A stretch of DNA of 45,082 bases from the NCBI GenBank assembly GCA_000320545.1, contig ADNK01002282.1, forward strand, positions 1 through 45,082. Direction: 5' to 3'. The notes under the pieces were generated by a model. The model had not been told where the DNA came from and did no database searches. It saw only the letters and a program-made list of their open reading frames with translations. The stretch comes from Bigelowiella natans CCMP2755. Taxonomy: Eukaryota; Protista; Cercozoa. Below, in pieces: positions 23,509 to 36,025 of this stretch (its first letter is position 1; the number at the start of each line of letters is the position of its first letter). The translations under genes and the position numbers were made by a program.

Positions 23509-25398
23509 ATATAATCATCATTTTCATCATCTTACCAACGCTACGGACCAATCGTTGCGTCCCCCCCATCCCTATCGGTGTAACAGACGCAATATGCCAA
23601 GTGAAGGTCATGAGTAAGGAAAGCTTCTTCCATACTCGTCGTTATAGAAGTTACTTCTGCAGTTTGTGCGTGCGCGCACGCGTATGTGTGTGTTGTTTGA
23701 TGCTGACAACGTCGTCATATGAAATACCAGGAATCGTTCCAAGCTTGATCTCAGGCTGGCCAAACTTCGCCTGGAAAAGGGGTGGGGGGGTAAGGTTGCA
23801 TTAAGTCAGGGCCATCGAGCTGCAATCTAAGAACGAGCGGATTGATAAGGCGCCGCCTCTCTAAAATAGCATCGATCATTTCACTGGCAAAGAGAAGATT
23901 CCTCTACAGCTCCTGCGACTACTATCACAGTCACTCGTATTACTACTCATGACCGTAGTAGCATCTTGTACACAATGATGCCTAATAATAACTTGCTTAC
24001 CGAATCTCCAGCGATGATGAGGTCGCACATCATTGCGAGCTCGCAACCCCCGCCTGAAACAAGCGCAACACACACACACACACACACACCGTGAGCGATT
24101 CGAAAAGGTGAAGGGGGGGGGGGGGGGTGGGGGATCATGATCATGATATGATGGTGCTATGTTTAAAACCATGAGGTCGTAACCGACAGAGAAACAGACA
24201 AGTAGTGATTCACATTTTGTAGAGCAGCATTGCGCAAATCTGAAACCCAAAAAACCCTTTCTCGGACTGACTCTACTACGAGGTATTATCGTCGTATCGT
24301 GTCGCTCGGCGTTCACCTAAAGCAAATCCATTCACTGCTGCGATGATAGGCTTCTTGCACTCCGTCAGCTGCGGGAAAGGGGGTAGGAGGGTTAGGAAGG
24401 TGGGAGCTCGTAACATAACGACATATCGAGAGTGAAAGGGGCAGGAGGGGACATTCATTATCACTGCCGCATAGCACGGCCACGAGCTCTAATAGCGCAG
24501 TTGTAAACAACCTTATCCCACGTCCCGAGCATGTTATCCGTATAGGTCGCAGGATACGTTCGCGGTGCCATCTCCTTGATATCAGCCCCCGCGGCGAAGG
24601 CCTTTTCACTGAAAGGGGGGTTGTCGAAGGGGTAGTTAGACGCACTTGGAAAAACGATCGGTGGGTAATAGCTAGAGGCATAGGAGAAATCGGTATGGGA
24701 AAATCGGTATAATAGGTTGAAGAAATACATTAAAGAGCAAGAATGAAAAGGACGAGAAAGAAGAGACTACCTTCCTGTTATTACGATAGCGCCAACCTCG
24801 CCATCCTTGTCGAATTCTGCCACCTAATTGTTAAATTTCGACCACCGTTTCACAATTTGAAGGCAACGAAGTAAAACTAAGAGTGACGATTATAATTGCC
24901 CCCCCCCTCTAGGTCCGAGTGGGTGAGTGCAAAGGAGCGATATTCGACATTTTCGCGCAGATGAGCGAAGATAGACCGAACTTTGGAAACGCATGCTGCC
25001 GCTTTGCGTATCTCAAAAGGGGTACCTGTTCAGTGACTTCGTACATCAACTTATCACAAAGAGCATTGAGCGCTTTGGGCCGATTCAGGGTTATCGTTCC
25101 GACACCATTCTTCTTACTTGCCTAAGGCGCATCGTTCAAACTGCCTTTCAGAGCTTTTGCCAGGCGCTTCACCAATGCGAATTGCAACACAAATTTGAAT
25201 AAAATTCAACGGATACATAATACCAGGATATGCTCGTAGCCTGAAGCAGCGTCGCTTGAGAAAAATGAACGAGGGACGTTCACTAGAAGACGGGAGTGCT
25301 GCTGGAGTGTATCATGGAGCTTACATTAGAAAGATGCGAAGGAAGATCTCAGGGATACTAATTCTTACGCGAGAGGAGCAAAGGACTCTACGAAGCAT
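21822..25398 (-). CDS. ECHS1: Mitochondrial short-chain enoyl-CoA hydratase (crotonase), intron-rich
   Basis: Transit-peptide-like MLRRVLCSSR|...RSFFSS, then TLNRPKALNAL, KAFAAGADIKEM, KKPIIAAVNGFALG|GGCELAMMCD, AKFGQPEIKLGTIPG|MGGTQRL, F.TKDQK|EGMAAFAEKRPPNFTDS*. Confidence 0.95.
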
Positions 25399-25744
25399 AT
25401 TTTCACGGTGTAGGGAGACTGTCCTGATGTACCGGCAACACATGCATCTTTGTGTTTTTGACGCAGATTACGCTTCTAATGAATTCGACGATTTCACGAC
25501 AGATATCCTCCCTATTGCTACATCGATCGACACAAAACTTTAAGTAGATAACAGTGCATCTCAACGTGAAGTGTCACAAGCATGAGCGAATGCATAGTTG
25601 TTCGGTACGGTTCTGTGCTCGGATGCTTGCGCGGAGAGGGGGTGAGCTGGAATCTAGATTCGGAAAATTGAGAAAGATTACAAGGCATTTTGTAGATGCG
25701 ACAAGGTTTTTAAGACGACTTTTGAAAAATCAAATTGGCGTTAG

Positions 25745-26817
25745 ATCTTTCCACGATGAATGTGGACTTTCTTTCATGGGTTTCCCCTCGGTTTTGCGAT
25801 GGAATTCAGGAGTTGGTTCGGCCTTTTTTTGAGTTGTCCAATGCGAGGATGATTTCACTCAACTTGTCGTCAACATCGCAGATTTGTCCGCATTTTTTTC
25901 TGCCAAGTTTGCTTCGCTCATCACATCGTCGCAGTTCTCGTTTGAACAATCGATTGAGCACATTGCTGGCATCTGCTTCTTCAATGCTGTTTGCCACGCA
26001 TGCACATGCCGTTGCCATCACATCGCACCGCACGCTCAGATGCTGTCATCACCGACTGCACTCTCCCATCCATCAGACGCATTGTTCAATGTTGGCATCG
26101 CTAGCTCGGCAAGGTGTTCGGCTGCTGTGTTGATCGCCTCTGCCACTTGTGCTGGCTAGCTGGTCTGTGCATGTGTCTGGGTGTGCGTGATGCAACGCAC
26201 TCGAGTGTGCACCTCAGCTGTTGGCATTCTAGCATTGCTAGATTGCTAGATTGCTAGCTAGCTGTGGCTAGCTAGCTAGCTAGATTGAGCGAAGCTAGCT
26301 AGCTACTAGAGCTAGCGCGAACTGAAGGTTTGGTGTTTTGCCGCAACGCAAGCTGGCGGCAAGCGCAGACATCGCACTCTGGCTGGCTGGCACAAGCTGT
26401 TGGCATGGCGTGATTTTTTTGGCATTTGGCATCTGCTAGCGCACACGCTGGCACGTGCACTAGTGCATTCCGCTCCAGCACTGCTAGACTAGCTAGCTAG
26501 ACGTTGCTAGGTCCAGAGATTGGTCCAGCCCGTGCAGCCCACTGATGCATCTGATGCGCCTGCGGCCAATGCACATCGATCGGTGATGTGAAATGGTGCT
26601 TGCTGGCTCAGGCAAATTTTTGCATCATTGTGCATGATGTGCATCACTAGATCAATTGAGGTGCACCCGCTAGTCAGTGCATGCAGCATGGAGCATGTAC
26701 CAGTCTGCACCAGCATTGTTCCCAGAACTTCCTCCCTCTAGACCGCCATTGCGCTGTCGTCTTGCTGACTGCTGCTTTCAGTCTCTAGCGCATGTGAAAC
26801 CGGAACTGACATCAATT
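25745..26817. other. TpA-depleted, CTAG-rich tract 2
   Basis: No TA at all in 25745-26100. Afterwards ~25 CTAG and only two non-CTAG TA (26304, 26698), by eye. Confidence 0.9.
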
Positions 26818-29800
26818 TATCAACCGAAAGCAGCAGATCCGCGTTTTCTTCGAAGAAGACATTGAGCTCCTTCACGTCCACATGTGCATTTTCGTCTTTG
26901 TCCATCTAGGCCAAGTGGAATGTGTGCAATGTGCAGTAGTAGCATGTGAATCGGGGATTAGTTCGTGCAAATGATGGAGACACTCGCAATTAGTATCATT
27001 GATATTTTTTAATGAACATTGAAAAGCTGAACATACCTTCTTCCAATAAGCTCGTGCCATTTCTTCCATTAGACGCTTTTTGGCCTTGAATCTAGGACAA
27101 ATGCAATAACCATGTAAACATATTGAAGATGTGTATTCTCGACATCTCGGGGAGGCACAAAATGATATCAGAACTTCGTTGCAAATTCATCATGTTGTTG
27201 TCGGAAATAGGGATCATTTCGTGTTTAATGTAATCACGGCGTGGTGGGTCTTAGGAAGGTGCTCTTCGTAATACTTGACTGCGTGTGTTGAATGATGTAA
27301 ACATGTATTTCACAAAATTAAGAAATATGTTTTGTTTCGACACTTTCTCCTCGCTCCCCCCCCCAATCCCTTCTATCATACTATAATACCTTCGAAATAC
27401 GTCGCGATTCATAACATTAAATATCTTGTAGTAAGCAAAAAACCATAAGCATAAACAAAGGTACAGCAAAAGGTGAGATAACCGAACGATTGATTGCGCA
27501 TTCATGATAAAGCGAAACATTCACGGTTTTAACCCTAATATGAGCAATGCTTTACGGCGTTTGACCCAATGCATTGCTAACTCTAACACTCTCATTATGC
27601 TTATCGAATACATCCCAATTCTCCTCTCTGCCTCATCCTATTACTGTGTCATTTTCCCCCTTCCCCCTCCTTCTCCCCCTTCATCAACACATCCACACCT
27701 CATCTTTTGCAAAAAAGAAAATTCCCCTTCTCACAGCGAAGCCAGAAGTCTTCTTCGAGTCGTCTGAGCGCTGCCGAAACTGCGAAGGCAAGAGGAAAAA
27801 TTGTAGGCCATTTCTACGATCTCTATCATTCATAGGGTATACGCGTGTTACCTCCGCAAATGCCTCGTCAAGCTCCTTTTTCATCCCAGAGCTGATGTTG
27901 ATTTGCTCCTCACCGTCCTTGTGAATATACCGATTGTACACCGAAAGAGCCTAGTAAAGTAAAAAAAAACCACAACGCTACCGATATATAACATCGATCG
28001 GAGCTGCTATCATCCCAAGGAATACATCAGTCTTGCCTCACATCTCCGCGCGTTTCGAACACTCAAGCTCATACTAGTGCTTATTGCACCGTATAGCAGG
28101 GAAGAAAACACATGCGCCTTTCGCCGCTCTTCGCCCCAACGACTAATTTGAATAACAACCTTTGCCTCGAAGTCCTTCTGCGTTATGTCATCGTCCTTGT
28201 CCAGGGTATCGACTGCCTGATGGACACGAAGCAGGGACATAGTAACGAGGATGATACTGTTACAATCGATCATGGTGTGCAAGACACACGAAGTACGAAT
28301 GTGCAATGTAGCTTGCCGTTTGGACGGGTGCTATTGTCGCGTTTATTACCCTCCAAAAGTGAAAGTTTTCAGCGTTGAGCTCTTTCTCCATATGACGAAG
28401 GAGGAAATCGCCTCCAATCTCGTCGCGTAGCATGAACAGAAGGCTTTGATCGATGTCCCGTCCACGGAAGAGAAAAGCAGAAGAAAAGCGATAGGAAAAT
28501 CCCCGGTTTTGTTAGTGATGCTTCTTATTTTTCCAAAAAATAAACAAATGCTGCGACAGGACACTGATGTGAGGTAGCAAACATTGACGAATAAAAGAAT
28601 GTGCACGATGGATGTATTCACTACTCACTACTAAACCACGCATTTATTTAGTAATCATCGATGCTAACGGCCTAGCAAAGCATCACTTCGCATTTAGCGT
28701 AGCATTCAGCATGACGCAGAACTCCGAGAACTGCAACGTGCCACTGTAGTCTGCTCAGTTTGTGTTAGAAGAAGAAGAAGAACAAGAGAAAGGCCAAGAA
28801 TTTGAATTTGGAGATAATACCGCTTTACATGTGACAACTTGGCGGATGTGTTAAGGTTGATCTCTTCCGCAGGTAAAATGAAATAGAATCTACTTTTAAA
28901 CCGCAAAGACTTGTGTCTTAACACACAAGTTTTAACCAATAGCTGCAGGCTAGGCAGAATCGCTGACCATGCACGTACGATTTAGGCTGATGTGCGTATC
29001 CCTCACCGGTGTCAAACAGACTCATGTAAAGCTCTGCTGCGTGGATCTTCTGGCCTGGTGCCTATCAGTTATGGGAGCTCTTATCACGAATTTGATTAGA
29101 GAATTCGGAGAGCCTCATGATTCTCCAAAAGAACACACATATCTTAGCCACTGGGAGAACATCTCATGGCTGATAGAGCTGATGAACCCCGAACTCAACA
29201 TACATATATAGAAGCTCCGAGTGTTATGCACACAAATGTCAAAAGTCAATCCATACTCACGCAGCATTAATCTATATTTCAAGGTGCTTTGGAATCTTTT
29301 GGCATTATACATTGCTGTCTTTGCTCGTCGTTTCATCCGAGGCCAACCGTTTCAAGGTAGCAGCAAATTCGGCGATTGAGATACTTCCTTTAAGTGAGGG
29401 GAAAAGATCGATTGAGTGGAAACATACTTATCATTCAATATTATTTTGTTCTTGGCTCTATCCAGATGTGATAGTGTAATCACATAGTAGTAGCACTTAC
29501 CATCTTTGTTTACATCGACGATAGAGAACAAGTCTGAGGAATAAGAAAACCAATTAGATGCTTCGCGTAGTGTGAATGGCTATGTGGGATGTGCGCGGAG
29601 AAGTCACCTTGTTTTTTTTAAAAAAATGTCAGCAAGTATTTCTAAAATGAGGCATTCGCTGTAACCACTAAATAAAACCTGTTGCTAATTTTTCTTCGAC
29701 TTCTTCATTTGTTAGGAATTTCTCGAGAGAAACCTAAATGAAGGGCTAATTAAATGAAGGACCGCTAACATTACACAGGTGGTGTGCTTTTGGCAGATGA

Positions 29801-30211
29801 CATTTCACTTACTTTTGGAAGCCTGTTTGACTCCGAATGCTCCTCCTATTCAACAACCGGAAGAGAGTTCTCAAATTATGTGATCGAGAAAAACAGGGAC
29901 ACAGTGATTCTCAGACCTTGAGATACGCAAGCAAGCTGGCATGGACTTTGGGAATGTTCTTGAGTTCTTCGTTCTCTTCAAACTTCTTCTTCATCTTCAA
30001 TGATCGCAGTCTTGCTTCGGCATTCCTGAACGCGAACTTTCTCAAAAAACGCCTTCACGGGCAGAGGAAGACAGAAGAACTTGGCCCAATACAATAAGCG
30101 AGAAGAGGGGACTTACGCTTTACTGATCGCTTGCTCTTTTTTGGAAGACATCGCACTCTTCTTTTCCTTTCCCTCCTCCCCATGCGGATGCTTAGAACCC
30201 TTGTGTCCCAT
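26738..30211 (-). CDS. N-myristoylated EF-hand (NCS/calcineurin-B-like) protein containing an RGS domain
   Basis: Start MGHKGSK (MGxxxS). EF loops DVNKD|GSISIAE and DT|DYSGTLQFSE. RGS: MLRDEIGGDFLLRHMEKELNAENFHFWR|AV...YNRYIHKDGEEQINISSGMKKEL...IFNVMNRDVFRR|F. Final exon 26738-26905 has the EF loop DKDENAHVDVKE and a stop. Confidence 0.85.
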
Positions 30212-30740
30212 TTGGTCTGAGGTTCTCTCGACGAAATTTCTTTCTGATACAACTCTCACACTCATCAACGGCCGCATATGTGCAGTAACGATAACGTCAG
30301 CCATTCTCTTAGTGCCTGCCCGGACGCCAGGCCGGGCATCATCACATTCCCGTCGGAAATAAGAAAAACACACAAATTTTAGCAGAAACGGCATGAATTT
30401 TAGATGAACGTCAACTATTTTGGCACGAATTACGCAGAAGTCGCAAGCATCTTTTTCTTTGCTGCCGAAGCCCAACACCTCCTTCTCGCACAGGCGACGC
30501 TGCTATACCGAAAACTTCCAAGAAAAAGTATCAGCTTTTGGTTCTCTCAAATATTTCTCAGAATTATGCCGATTTTTATGTGCGACAATGACTACGTAGC
30601 TAAATTGAGTGAAAATGGGCACAACGGAAAGATATCTGAAAGCTTCGAGAGAAGAGTCTCCGCACGTTCCCCTCGTTAAACCCCCCCTACACTAACCCAA
30701 AGTTGAAGAACGTGCGCGCGACGGAAATTCTCGCTGAGAC

Positions 30741-31176
30741 ATGGAGAACAAAATGCCAACGCCTGAGAAACAGGCTGCTGAGATAAAAGATGCTCTCAAA
30801 GGTTAAGCCTGAGACGTGACAGACGAACTCTGTAAATTGACGTTTGGCATCATCAGAGCACAATAAAATGGAGGAAGGAACGACTTGGTGCTACCTGAAT
30901 CTCAAGTGGTTTCGTTTGTGGATTGAATATTCCCAGGTAGTCACACTATGTGTGCTGGCGTGGTGAAAGCTGACATTATTACTTGTCGTCATTTCATACA
31001 CCTACTTGCTTGTCTAGTGCGATGGTTTCTGGGATTTCAAACCGAAGGAAAACGAAGGAGCGCCTCCAGGACCCATTGACAACAACCCTCTTCTTCGTAA
31101 GTGCTGCTTCCCATTCCACCATTTCTTTCTTCCAGAAAATACATAAATATAAACAAAATAACGTTGTAAAGTTGCT

Positions 31177-31272
<96 letters not shown>

Positions 31273-34200
31273 TTCTTAGACACCTTGATGGGGCCAGTTC
31301 GCAGCGTCGAAATCAGGAGAGACTTGCAGGTTTGAAGGACCACAGTAGGAGTCACCTCGCCTGGCACCTTAACTAACATGCTCCTTCTTGCTGCTGTAAC
31401 TGGAAAATCAGAATCTCAAAGATTACTACTGCCTTCCTGAGGCTGTATATGACTTATTGCAAGCATGGCATGGGGGAGGGCCGAAGATTGCTCGCAAAGC
31501 TCGCACACACAACACCGGTGTTGTCGAACCCGAGGTATCATAATTGGGAGAAGAAGTAGTAATATCGATACGCTACCGCGCCAGCGCGTCAGTCAAACAC
31601 AATGGTATGGTGCTTTTCCCCCGGCCAAAAGTACGATCTCCCACTGTTGAATTTCGCAATTTTGTTTTACAGGTAAAGGTCGTCAAGTATCCTCTGACGA
31701 CTGCCTTCCTACAATGCGATGCGGTAGTAGACACATGACGTGACAATAACGTTTACATCGTAATAAAAACGCTTGCACAGGCGTGCACAGGCACCCACGC
31801 TCGTGAAAACCGGTCTATATCATAGATCAACTGCTGATCTGTTTCTCATCGCTGCCAACCTTTTCTTTCTAGGAGGGAAAGCCTGATTTCAAGAACTATA
31901 CAAAGAGAGAATTTGCCCCTGCAGATACATTCCAGGTAACTATTATGAGGACCGACACCGCAACGAGCACAACGCGCGTCCAATCTTACGAGAGCTGACC
32001 CATGTTACTTCCGGTGCGTTTTTGTAGACGTTGAAAGATGCTGCCAAGGATATATTGGACGAAAAGAAGGTGGTGAGAGCAGCAACAACATATGCCCACT
32101 AGTAATAATAGCGTAAGGTGCGATGAAGTTGGCGAGTACCCGATTATGCTTTACAGGAACTGATCTATCCCCTCCCCTTACTTAGGTGTCGTCTGCAGTC
32201 GATAAACTCAATCTTGAGGAGGTAGTATTAGGAGAAGGTCAAGCAGCTTGGCGACGTCGAAGCTAACTATGCTCTCCCCCCCCTCCCCCCATTGTGCAGG
32301 GAAAGGAGGAGCCCTCCAAAACAGAGGCAGGCGAGGGAGAAAACGGCGAAGAAGCAGAAGGAAAAGACACGACTAATACTGATTTTCGCATATGGATTCC
32401 GGTATTTAGTTAAGATGTTTTACCTTTGAATGTTATGCTAAAATGTAGTCTTTTTTCTCGCGCCCCACCCTCCTCTCCCCTCCCACCTTTTTTATTCTTC
32501 AAAATATCTATATATCCATTTGCCCTCACTCCGGAAACCACAATAGTGCTACTGCTGCAATTGGTGCTAGACTGACAAAGTATTTTGTGTTGTTCTTTAG
32601 ATTATCGAGGAGGAAGAAGTTGTGGAGGAAAAAGAAGGCGACGACGAAAAGGTAATAGCAGCAGTAGCTGTAGCAGTATCACCGTTTGAATAATAAACAA
32701 TCGGATGGCGACGTAAAACCACGGTCTCTTTATATTCTAGCGGGGGGGGGGGTTCGTCGTTGAGGCGTTCTGTGTAAAAGCAAGTCATGGTTTTTCAACC
32801 TTCTCTTCTTTCTATACCTCAGGAGGTGAAGTGGCAACTGCTGGCCGAAGCTCAACTCATGATGGAGTTAGGGAGCATGAATCTAAAGCCAGGCGCGCTG
32901 CTGGTTCTCGTCGATAAGAAAGTGGACGGAAAATGGGTACCTGCACATCGAGAGCGCAGCAAGTTGCTTCATGATGCTGCAGCTTGTTTCTATGTGTTCA
33001 TCGCTGATGCGTCCACCTCCATCGAAGTGGGCAGAGGGCACTGATATGTGCCCCATCAGTGACGAAAGTCTTGATTTGTTCTAACCCGAACGATGATAAC
33101 ACTACCCTAAGTCTCGGGCAGAAGAGGGCGGAGGCGACTGGCGAGCGAGTTTGAAAGTGAGCAGCGCGTGCAGAAACATGCAGAGAGCGAGATGGTTGAA
33201 GTGATGATGATGATGATGATGATGACGATGATGATGATGATGATGATAATGATGGTGGTGGCGGTGATGGTGATGATTCCACCTGCCTCCGGATAGCCCT
33301 AATGGGGAATCTTTGCTTTTGAATGCTTTGTTGGAGCACCGTGATGCTCCTCGATGGTGATGGATATAGCCCCGATGGTTTCTTGTCTGCGACATGGCAT
33401 TATCTCTCCATTCTCAGCTGCATTGCTCGTTAGTTTTCTTTACTCTGCTTGAGCATATCCTGCTTTGGGAACGCTGCTGCCTTCCCATCGTCGTCGTTCA
33501 TCATCGTCATCATCATCATCATCATCTTCTTCTTCTTCTCTTCCCCCCTCCTCCTCCTCCTCTTGTTTCGACAGGTTGATAGTAAGGTTGATGCGAAGGA
33601 TACGGTGCACAAATGGCTGATCGCAACCGTGAAGGAGATTAAGGTCACCACCGGACATCTGACCGTGAAACATAGCAACACTGCCGCAGACAGGGTGACC
33701 GAGTGCATTTGTATAATGCCGGTGGTGGCCAATCTACGAGCGCTCTATGCAATGATGGCTGCTTTTCATGCCAGTACTAAAATGGTTATATAAGAACGTG
33801 GGTATAGTCAAAAACTCGCCTCATCGAAACCCGTGGTCAAACGCGTGCAACGTCGCTGCCTCTTCACCCCAATCGTCAAGTAAACAGCGCTTCCTTTGTA
33901 ATGTATGTTAGGATGGTGAGGTTCCTGGCACGAAGGAGGTCTTTATTCACTACGATAACCATGCTACACGGTATTGCTCTGCCAGGAGAAGTGATAGATC
34001 GTATTGAGCCTCTTCAGAACACTCGCAATCTGAACCTTGCCACCTTTCTCCTCTTTTCTTCTCCTCCTCTTCTTCCTCTTCTTCTCCCTCTTCTTGTCGC
34101 CGTTCTTGTTGTTGTTGATGATGCTGCTGTTTTCTCTTGTGGCTTCTTTGACAGCTGGGATGAATGGATTCCTACCTCTTCCGATCGGTTGGCCAAGGCA

Positions 34201-35300
34201 AACACGAAGGTTGGAGCGCTGACGTTTGTATGCGTATTGCCACTTCTACTCACTGCTGCTACTACGACTTCTACTACCACTGCTACTACGAGGAAGCTAA
34301 TCCTATCAGCAGAGCTTTATTTGCAATATGCATTTACCCTTACCGTTGTCCGTTTTGCTTCGCGCAACCCCCCCCCCCCCTTCCCCCCCCCTTACCAAGC
34401 TTCTCATCTCATACAAACTGAATCTTAAACAGTCAAAAGAGGAGAGGTCCTCGTACTACTCCTCCTACAGCTCAAGTAGCTACTACTCAGGCTCGGAAGG
34501 TATTTAATATACGCTTAAAAGCTTATTGCTCATGATGCACTTGTTAAATATACCATTCTTGGAGGCCTGTTGGGGACGTATTTTGAAGGCGTTTAAATCA
34601 TATACCTCCCCCCCCCCCCTTCCCTGCTCCTCCTTTTCTAGGCACGCCAAAGCACGAGGGCATTGTGGGATTTCGGAATTTGGGGAATCCCTGTTTTATG
34701 AATTCCACTTTGCAATGCATGAATCAGGTGAGTGGTTGGGGGAGGAGGGTCGGAAGGGGGGGGGGGGAGAAGGAGAAAGATCGATTTGCTTGTTATCTCC
34801 ATAATCAATTTTTTCATGGTCATCATCACCATCTAACTGCCCCCCTCGCACTATTACCTCCACCACCACCACCATTGTCATCATCAATATCACCATCATC
34901 ACCATCATCATCATCATCATCATCATCATCGTTTCACGAATCTTCCTCCGCTTATCACCACACCATCGAAAGACCCCATGGCTGGTGGACTTCCTGGTCA
35001 AGAAGAACCACCTTTCCATGATCAATCGTGATAATCCGATGGGGCACAGGGGCCGTATTGCAGAGGTGCTGTATTAAACAATAATAATGATGATGATGGT
35101 GATGATGATGATGATTACAATGCGCTGTGTAGTACTTGCGTAAAGCCGTCGTCTTTTGACATTCCTTTGGTGTTTGGTGCTGTTGCTCCTTCCCCCCCCC
35201 TCTCCCCATCCCTTAGGAATTCGGTTTGCTTGTGGGGAAGATCTGGGGCAACAAGCACACCGTTGTCGCTCCCACGGGGTACAAATCATTTAACTATTAT

Positions 35301-35334
<34 letters not shown>

Positions 35335-35932
35335 GATATCCTTGCGAAGTCGCTCGTTGGCCTTCTGTTTCACAATTCTTCCATTTTTTACCACCCCTCC
35401 CCCTCCTCCTCCTCCTCCTCTTCCTCCTCATCTTCGTTGTGTCGGCTTATTCTCGTAGATTCAAGCAAGCGATCGGCGAGTTCGCCCCTCAATTCAGTGG
35501 TTATAGCCAACAGGTAGTAAGTTGTAGCAGCAGCAGCAGCAGCAGCAGCAGGTGTAATAGCAGTTGTAGACGTGGGAGGAGTATTAGAACCAGTAATTGT
35601 AGCAGTTGTAGTAGTTGTAAATAGGTAAATAGTAGTAGTAGTAATATAGAAATGTTATAGTAGTAGTAGCAGCAAGTGTCAAAGAGCCTTCTTTCCACCT
35701 TTCAAAGCGTCTTTTTCCGACTCTGTGCGACAAGATTTTTTCAGGTTGTCACTCCCTTCTCTCATCCTCCTGCCCCTCCCCTCCCCCCACCACACGTTCG
35801 CGTGTCTATCACCGCGGGTTGCTGCTAGGATTCCCAAGAGCTGCTCTCGTTTCTGGTCGAGGGCCTACATGAAGGCCTCAATCGGCTCAAGGAGAAGAAA
35901 TACGACCCCAACCCATTGGAAGACGATGTAAT

Positions 35933-35968
<36 letters not shown>

Positions 35969-35980
35969 ATATTATATATA

Positions 35981-36025
<45 letters not shown>

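Noticed and set aside
26229-26315. CRISPR-like or telomeric array
   Set aside because: Short irregular 4-8 bp units with no spacers, in a eukaryotic context, and not a known telomere repeat.
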